Shown in pieces: positions 55,801 to 64,000 of a DNA stretch of 64,000 nt. Position 1 is the first letter of the stretch. Each line of letters opens with the position of its first letter. The notes below the pieces were generated by a model. It ran no database searches, was not told the DNA's origin, and was given only the letters and a program-made list of their open reading frames with translations. This stretch comes from Podarcis tiliguerta (lineage: Eukaryota): the NCBI GenBank assembly GCA_965153285.1, contig OZ229114.1; one strand, written 5' to 3'. Made by a program: the position numbers and the translations under genes.

Positions 55801-58800
55801 CTGAATAGTATATTTCTGCTCTCCCAGTTGATTTTAAGGCAGTAAAGAGAAGCTCAATCAGAATTATTTGGTCACAAGCAAAGGTTTAAACACTTCATCT
55901 TTGGGAAAAAAAAGAAGAGAACAAAGGAAGGATGTGTCTGAACCGCACAAAACCAGGAATACCTGAAAAGAAACTGCCCCATTTATATCCGAAGGCATCA
56001 AGCTTGAAACAGATCTGATCGTTGCTTCTCGCTAGGCCCAGTTTTAGACTATGGAAACTTGAGATATTAGGCACCCCTTGCCTTAAACATTAGAGTCTCT
56101 CAAGGGAACATTTGCTGATAATTCCTATGTTAAATGTATGTATTTATATTACAGGGCATCAGGCTTACAGGACGTAAAACAGTGGTTCAGGCTGCGTACA
56201 GGCCATATATTAAAAACCCATTCTGCAAGAGTCCTGGGGATCCTGTAGTTTATCCACACCCCACCCACAGAGCTACAGTTCCCAGCACCCTTGGCAAACT
56301 ACACTTCGCATGGTTCTTTAAAAGAGAGTTTCCCAGGTGAGCCGTGCCTTGAAAGGAACCACTTTTTAATTTTTCTTTGAGTCTGATGCCCTTTAATATG
56401 AATATATGCGTAGCATTTCTGATATTGCTTACATTTACAGAGGCCAGCCGTGATGGGAATACCCCCCTCCTCTCACCGCCCCCTCCTTTGAAAGCGCTTC
56501 CTGGCGCATCTGGCTCTGGACACTGTCAAAGACAGGCTACTGGGCTCGATGACCCCCTCAGGCTACTGTTGTGAATTTGGAAAGTTCTTCAGTAGTGTCA
56601 ACTTGAGCATAAATACTCGTGAACGAGGAGAGGAAATTGTCCATGTCCACCGTTATTTTCTTGCAAACCAAGGGCCCAGCCTAATCCCCCCCCCCTCCAC
56701 CGCCCCAAGATCTAATCTATTTCTCCGGTAGTCTTTTGTCAGCGCCAGGACTAAGTTCTTCCATCTTCGTGATTCCAAACAGCAATTTTACGCAGCACCT
56801 CTACCATCCTGAACATTTTAAAGCTCAAAGCCGTTTCCTCCAACCCCAAGTACAACTGGGCATCTCCGAAGGCAGAGTTGCACCCACAGCTCGCACATCC
56901 CGAGAGCATGTTCGCACAAGCAGGACTTGGATCATTTGGAGACATTCTGATTTCATGAGAAGGTCGCTCTCCTGAGATCAAGGACAAGTTGTCCATCAGT
57001 TGATATTTCTGCGGTGGGATAAAGGCGATACAAAAACCGCGCGCGGATTTGCTCAAAAGCCTTATGGGGACGCGATCTTACACACACTTACTTGGGAGTG
57101 TAAGCCTCAAGGGGCACACTTCCAAATTAGAAGGCGCAGAATCCGGCACGGCTGGGGTGAGATCCGAAACTCCGGGAGATTTCTTTCACAACCAGCGAGT
57201 CTTACGACTTAAATAAAAACCTTCTGCAGTGTAAAAGAACAACAACAACAACTATTATCTCCAGCGTGCGCACACAACGACAGTGCTCCTAGTGAAACTT
57301 GTTTTCGAACACCGGGAAAGTGCAAAGAGCCAGTTGGACACACCATCTGGGAGCTCTTCGCATACCAAGGAAACCCAGAGGAGGACTGAGGCTAACCCTC
57401 CCCTATAAATGTTTAAAACTAGGCTTAGAGATCGCTCGGTCTCCATAGCAGGGCTCCAATCTATCGAGGTCCGCAAGGCTGACTACAGAAGAAATGTGAC
57501 GGACTTCACCGAGAAACAGCAACTCCCGGGAGGCAATAAATCGAGCCGGTCTCCTTGCCAAACCGACCTGGCCTTTTGCACTCCCACTAAGACAACTGAA
57601 GAGCTGGAGGGCGGATGGGCTGTGGGTGTTTGTGTTCTGCATCCCTTTTGTTTTACCCGGGTTTTCCTTTCCAGGAAAGGAACGAGACTCAGACATAAAG
57701 AACGATTGCATTGCTTAAATGGGTTACTCTGCTTAAAATATATATTCCCGCACTCTGGGACTAAGCAGTTCCAAGCCGGGACAAATCCTGTGGCGCGCGG
57801 TCCCGGGCGACCGGGATCAGCTCTTGGCCAATGCTCGAGCAATATGCATTTCTTTGGCAGTAAAGTCGCCCCTTCTGGACTCGGTTTCCACCGGAGTGCT
57901 AAGCACGAGATCGCATTCCTGCAACCTCGGGCACGTTTACTCGCAAGTCACTTCCGCGGCGTTGAACTGGCGGCTTTCCCGCAGAAACAGGGCGCGAAAA
58001 CAGCCCAAGTGAAGACGCCGCGCGTAGTTTGACAGGGAGAGGGGAGAGAAAGACCCTTCAGTCAAATAGGGCTTACAGCTGGATTAATAAATGGCCCTGT
58101 GACACCCCCTCTCTCTTAGGCCCCCTCCCCGCAAATGCAAAAAACTCCGATTCAAAGGGAAGCACATCCCGCCTGCCCTCTGGCTCATCCCTAAGCAAAC
58201 GGATGGAGAACCTGTCTCTCTCCCTCCCACAGTCCATAGCCCATTAGCCCCGGCCAGCGTGTCTAGCGGTAAGGAGCGGCGGTAGTTGGAGACCTACAAC
58301 ATGTGGAGGGTCACAGGATCCCCGGTCCGTTGCGGGGTGGGTGGGGGAGATTCCCTTGGCCGGGGTAAGGCCCCTCCACCGAAAACGTAGCAGAAGGGAG
58401 AGAGATCTCTTCTCCCGTCGGGGAGATGCCGCGTTACCCATAGATGAGAACCATCCTCCCGGGAACGACTCACCCGCGCTGCGTCGGGGCTCGGATTCTT
58501 TCCCCTTTTTCTCCTCCCGGGAGCGCCGGGACTTCCTCCTTTCGTCCACGCCAGTCTCAGCACCGAAGGCAAAGGCTGGCAGTGGGGTAGGGTGGGGTGT
58601 TGGTGGAGCTGCAGGGCACCCCTGCTCCCCTCCAGCCCCCAGATTTTTGACTGTCCAGAGCCAAAGGCCGGCGGAAAAGATTGTGTGAACGCAGAGACAG
58701 ACCCCTGCTTACCTACCCATCTCTTGGGCTACTCTTGCGCGAGGTTTCCGCGTCGGGGCTGGGGAGAGACGAGGCAACGACGGTCAGGGGGTTCCCATTA

Positions 58801-59316
58801 TTCGCCTCCGGTTGGACTGCTCTTGCCAAGCCACCTTTTTGTAGCGAGACTGTTAGCAACGGCGGCGGCGGGAGGCCTCCTACCCGGCAGTTGGAGAGAA
58901 GGAAGCCCGGTGCGCGCGCGGAGGGGGGGAGGCCAATCCCCTCCCCATCTCCCCCTTCCCCCTCCCTCCGGATGCGCGCAAGCCCCCTCCGGGAGCCGGC
59001 TTGGCCCCTCGGGGAACCCGTGCCGAGAGGGTTAACCCCGGAGCGACTCCCCTTTACCTTTGCGAGAGCGAAAATGTCCGCAGGCGGCGGCTCTTCCAGG
59101 GGCGGCGCTGGCGAACAAGGCGTCTTGGCACCGGCCCCGGGGAAGGCTGGTCAGGGGCGTGAGCTCCCCTCTCCCACCAGCACCAAAACATTGGGGGGCA
59201 GGGGAAAAAAGGCAGCTTCGCCCCCACGCTTTGCACTCCGGACAATTAGCCGCCCGCGACTGGCTGTGCCCGGCGCGGGACTTAATTCGGGGAGCCCCCC
59301 TCGGCCTCGGCCCAGC

Positions 59317-59576
59317 ATGCCCTGCCCCAGCGCTGGCCCTCCCGGCTTCCTGGCCCTCTTGGCCCCTGGACTAGCGCTGCTGGCTCACCTCTCGCTCCCC
59401 TCGCAGGCCGGGGTGAGGCGCCTTCCCGCCGGGACTGGCCCGCAGGGCGCCCCGGGCCGGACGCTCATCCTCCTGGACGTGAGCGCCAGGAGCCCCCTCC
59501 GCGTCACCAGCGAGAACTTCCTCTCGCTGCAGCTGGATCCCTCCATCCTCCACGACGGCTGGCTGGACTTCCTCAG
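59317..59576 (+). CDS. HPSE2: Inactive heparanase-2, coding exon 1
   Basis: LALLAHLSLPSQAG...TLILLDVSARSPLRVTSENFLSLQLDPSILHDGWLDFL; AG|GTAAG donor. Start inferred as the ATG before the signal peptide. Confidence 0.92.
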
Positions 59577-60450
59577 GTAAGGAGGGGCGGCAGCGGCTCC
59601 CCGGCCTTCCCCACCCCACGGGCTCGCTCCCCTCCTGCCAGCCCGCCTCGGCGCCCCTCTCCGCCCTGCCGCGCGCTACCGCAGCGCGCCCTTTGCGCTC
59701 CGCGCGTCCCCCCTCCACGGCCTCGCCGAGCCGCGGCTGGGACGCGAGGAGGAGGCCGGGCCATGGTTCCTATTAAGATGCACATGTTTGCAATGGAGAA
59801 AGCATCTCGGAAAGGCTGGCTGGAGGGGGGGGGGGGAGAGAGAGAAATGCTGCCGCTTGCCTTAGCCCCACCGCCCGCGCCCGGTTCTGGAGCGGGTTTC
59901 AGCCCCGAAAGGGCGAATCTGAAGCTGATAACCGTCGATGTCCCAGGGGGCGGCCACTCCAGGGCTTCTTTGAGTCAGGAGAACCGCTCCCCTACGCGAT
60001 CAACGGGGCCCTGATGGGAAAGAGTCCGAAGGAATCCCTCCAGAGCCCGCGCCGATGCCCAAGACGGGGCGGGCTTGCCCTCCAGCCGCTCCGCGGGGAA
60101 AGGGAGAAGGGCGTCCCAGGGTCGCGTCGCTGCCCGCCGGGAGAGCGCAAGCTCCAGGTATCATTTCTCAGCCGCATCTCTCCCGGCTGCCTCCGGAGGG
60201 CTGGAGAAGATGCCCCGTCGTCCCTCTGGGCAGTCTTCCGTGGGGCGAAGGGTGGCTTTCTGGTCCCTGTGCTTCTCCGGGCAGCCTCCTCTTTCCCTTC
60301 GGGGCCTTTGACGGCCTGACGGGCTATCGGCGCCCTCGGTGTGCACCGGGGGAGGCGCGATGGCGGCGCTCCGAGCGCGGCTTGCCTCTCCGGTCGGGCC
60401 CTGGGCTGCGCAGGATCCGTCCTCTCTCACGCAGCTCCTTGTCCGCGCAG

Positions 60451-60608
60451 CTCCCGGCGTCTGGTGACCCTGGCCCGTGGCCTGGCGCCCGCCTTCCTCC
60501 GCTTCGCCGGCAAGAGGACCGACTTCTTGCAGTTCCAGAACGTGAAGAACCCGGCCAAGAGCCGAGGCGGACCCGGACCCGACTACTACCTCAAGAACTA
60601 CGAGGACG
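60451..60608 (+). CDS. HPSE2: Heparanase-2 coding exon 2 (gene continues beyond the window)
   Basis: SRRLVTLARGLAPAFLRFAGKRTDFLQFQNVKNPAKSRGGPGPDYYLKNYED; cag acceptor, GTGAG donor. Confidence 0.96.
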
Positions 60609-63545
60609 GTGAGGCTGCGGAAGCGCAAGTAGGGGCTAAGCCGGGGAGAGGGCAGCGGCGGGGAAAGAGGGGCGAGGCGGCGATCATGGGGGGGATGCGA
60701 TCCCAGAGACGGAGGAAGGATGCTCACTCTGCAGACCCCGGCAAACCCTTCCATTATCAGTGACTGGGCGATGGGGAGGAGAGGCAGGCTCTTCTTATGG
60801 GGGAAAGGAGGCTTATCACGTCGAGCTAGTGATAACGATAAAGAGATGGCCCCTAGTGAACTGGGGCCAAAGTAAGCTCTCTGCTTATTAGGGTCTTTTT
60901 GCTGCCAGCAGTGGCTGAGCCCATGCAGGTGACTTTAAAACGACTCACACATTTACACCTGACTTGTGATTAAAAGCCCTCCTATGCTGCTTGGCAGGAT
61001 GGTAAAGATGCCTAAGGCTCCCAAGCAGGGCGGCAGGGAGGGTCAGATAATTTGGTCCCTGGTATCTTATGCAAGAAACAGTTCAGGTGGTGATGGGTTG
61101 CTACCCCAGAGCCAAACAATACCCTCCTTGCAGATGTGCACCTGCTTCTGTGCCAGCATGTTTGGAGTGTGGCTGCAGAGAGTGTTGAGGACATCAAGGC
61201 ATATATGCTGGGATGGTTGCATGACACAGCCTGGCGTTTCTGATGGTGCATTGGGAGGGCTTATGCCAGGCAGACATCATTAACCCTTTTGCTCTGTGTG
61301 TATTTTGCAAGAGAGCTAAAAGTGGTTGCTAAACTGTGTCCACGGGTTGTATTTCACTAAGCTTTACTCATAATAGACTCCTTGAAGTTGATGGACATCA
61401 ATTAACACATGACTAATGTAGGTGTGTTAATGTTAATGGGTCTACTCTGTGTAAAGGTTAGTTGAATGTCACCCTATAGGTCCATGTGTGAGAAGAGCAA
61501 TTTGGTATTCAACTGGTGGTTCAGGACCCACATTAGGTTGCATCCTGATTTTTGGTAAATATGTGGTTTTTTGGGTGTGTGTTTTTTAAGGGTCACCAAA
61601 TTCATGTTTGGGTAAAAGATGAGCTGAGGGTCTGAAAAAGTTGAAGACTAGGGGGAAAGGCAGAGGAGAAGATTCCACCTGTAAGAATGCAGGAGTAGCT
61701 TTGCTGAATCAGAGGAGACACCCATCTAATCCCCACACTCTCCACAGCAGTAGGCAGTCAGTTGCAACGCAGGGAGGAGAAAACCACCCCCTCTTGTTTA
61801 CCTGGTAATTGAAGATACATTGCCTATAAATAGGAACATTTGGTTTTTATGCTAGCATGGCCAATGAAATCATCTTTACCCATGAACTGGCTTAATTCAC
61901 TTTTAACAGTGGACTCCTACCTATATTTACCCAGAAGTTCCACTTGGTTCCATGGTGCTTACTCTCAGATAAGTGGGACTAGGATTGCAGCCTAAAGTGG
62001 TTGCTATCAATTATGCTATCAATTATGCCGTTTGCCTGTCCTCTGCTTATTGCCAGTTGTTACACCAGGCACAACTGGTGGGCAAAACTAAAAGCAAAGT
62101 ACATGGAAGTACAAATTACACTTTGTGAGTGTGTGATTTAGGCAGAAATCCAGAATATGCAAATATCAATATAAAAAATGGAAAGCAATAATCTAAACAA
62201 AAACCTCATGGTTACCATGCAACAAAGGTCGGTCATACAAAGTGTATGGTGTCTCAAAATCTACCAGAATTCACAACCCTCCAAAATCTACCCCTCGGAC
62301 GGGGTGAGGCAAACTCTCCACAAGGATTTATTTATATTTAGACCATTTCATAATTAATTGTATATTTAACTTTTCTTCTACTGTGGAATTGTGGCTGGAT
62401 GAATATTTGACAAAACACTTTGAGTTTAAGAGATATAACATACAAAGAAGTAAACAGTGCATCTTTCCCCAGGAACACAGGCAATTTCAATGGATTAGTC
62501 AGCTTGTTGAGAGAGACATAGAATAGTGTAGGACACAGTAATCTAAGGAAACAAGGGTAGATGGAGATGCTTCCTTGCCTGATCCTTCCCTGCCATCCGT
62601 GGTATAGTTGGTGCTGTGATTTGTGCACTGATCTCTCCCACCTTTATCCTCTGGCTGAGATTACAATATTCCCTCATCCTTCATTTTTATCTTGGAGATT
62701 GCAGGGTACTTTACCTTGGAGGCACCCGCGCAAAGGGGTAGAGAGCACAAAAATATTGGGGAGAGTGTGGAAGGGGCAAAGTGCATTTTGGGATGGGGAG
62801 AGCTTTGTCCCACATGCTATATTTTAAAGAAAAAATATGGTATATTTCATACACATTCAGGTTGTCATCAACGTCTTTTCTCTGGTGTGAGTCCGTTGAT
62901 TTTGATGGAGTTTAGTTTTCCTGTAAGCATGCTTGGGGACTGCAGCCTTATTTTAATTTCTAGTGTATGATTCAGTTACAATTTGTATGTTAAAAGTGCA
63001 TTTTCTTCAAGCAGCTGTTGGACTCTACCAATGAGGTGGTGCAAGGCTAAGCTGCTTGTTTCCCCTCCCTACGTTTGGTGATACCTATAGTACTTAAAGG
63101 CAGAAAATCTGAACTGCGCACATTTCCTACATTTAAAGGACATTATTTCACCGAAAGTGTCCTGGGAACTTTAGTTTACCCTACACAGAGCAACAGTTCC
63201 CAGCATCCTTAACAAATTTCCCAGGATTCTTTGTGGGAGATAATGCACTTTAAATGTATGATGAATATGCATCCTTGGTTTTTAACGCCTGGTGGTTTTC
63301 AAGAACCTGCAACAGTTCTATCACACCAATTTGGGCAAATGGAATGCATGCCAGCATTTCTGGTGAAGCTGAGTATTTCCGGTGAAGCTGAGCAACACAG
63401 TAAGGGGCAGGCTTGGGCCTGTCTGATGCTAGAAAGGCCGGGCTCCATGTTACAAGACTCTGCTCTTTCTCTTAGCAGGAGCCTGCCCATGGCTTCCTTC
63501 CCCACCCACTCCTTTGCCACTTCTTGAACTCAATAATTCAAGCTG

Positions 63546-63551
<6 letters not shown>

Positions 63552-63602
<51 letters not shown>
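63552..63602. repeat. Compound (TG)n(AG)n microsatellite
   Basis: Direct reading. Confidence 0.92.
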
Positions 63603-64000
63603 TCCTCTGCCACCACTACCAACTTAGAAGTGGTATATGAAGACTAAGGGCTATGCATTAGATCAGTAATTCTTACAGAAACCATATACAGCAGACACAC
63701 AACTACAGCAGGTCCTGCTCATTTTGTTAGCTGAACTGAATTTATAACTGGATCAGAAATGAAGGAGAACATTCACACAACACCTCTAGACACCTCCTTT
63801 TACAGCACACATTTTCTCTCCTTTACTTACTCAGCTCAGGGTGCTTCTGCTCCACTTCCTGACAATTTGGGGAAAATATCAGTCTGTACTTCTTTCTCCC
63901 TGTTTCAGGGGTGAACCTTGGGAGTGAGGAAAGACACAGGGCATTTTCTTAACAGTAGTAAACTTCTTGCTCAATACTTTAGCATCTGCTTAGAGTCAAG

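Larger units (their letters stand above)
57000..60800. promoter_or_regulatory. HPSE2: Large CpG island covering the HPSE2 promoter and exons 1-2
   Basis: Dense CpG and high GC; boundaries approximate. Confidence 0.7.

Noticed and set aside
51045-58032. ORFs of 150-207 aa in the CpG-rich region upstream of HPSE2
   Set aside because: No recognisable domains or consistent exon structure; such ORFs are expected by chance in GC-rich DNA.

Overview
This is vertebrate genomic DNA, most likely from a lacertid lizard given the Sauria SINEs, Squam3-like SINEs and BovB. It covers the conserved GOT1-CNNM1-HPSE2 block: the last GOT1 exon (+), the complete 12-coding-exon CNNM1 gene (-) and the first two coding exons of HPSE2 (+). 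The most striking structure lies between CNNM1 and HPSE2. A very young full-length Ty1/Copia retrotransposon (26753-33486, -) has apparently identical 382-bp LTRs and a TTGTG target-site duplication (TSD). Its RNase H region is interrupted by a 1763-bp hAT-type element (27567-29329) with perfect 17-bp terminal inverted repeats (TIRs) and an 8-bp CATGTAGC TSD. That element has no transposase and instead carries the upstream region, 5'UTR and first ~72 codons of a prostanoid receptor gene (PTGDR/DP1-like). It therefore looks like a gene-capturing 'Pack' DNA transposon nested in an LTR retrotransposon, possibly forming a new promoter-ORF-polyA unit. Other observations are a related solo LTR in a CNNM1 intron, a perfect 39-bp-arm palindrome beside an orphan CpG island, a degenerate Penelope hammerhead motif, and many SINE, LINE and MITE relics. 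All calls come from reading the sequence and recalling protein families; no searches were run.
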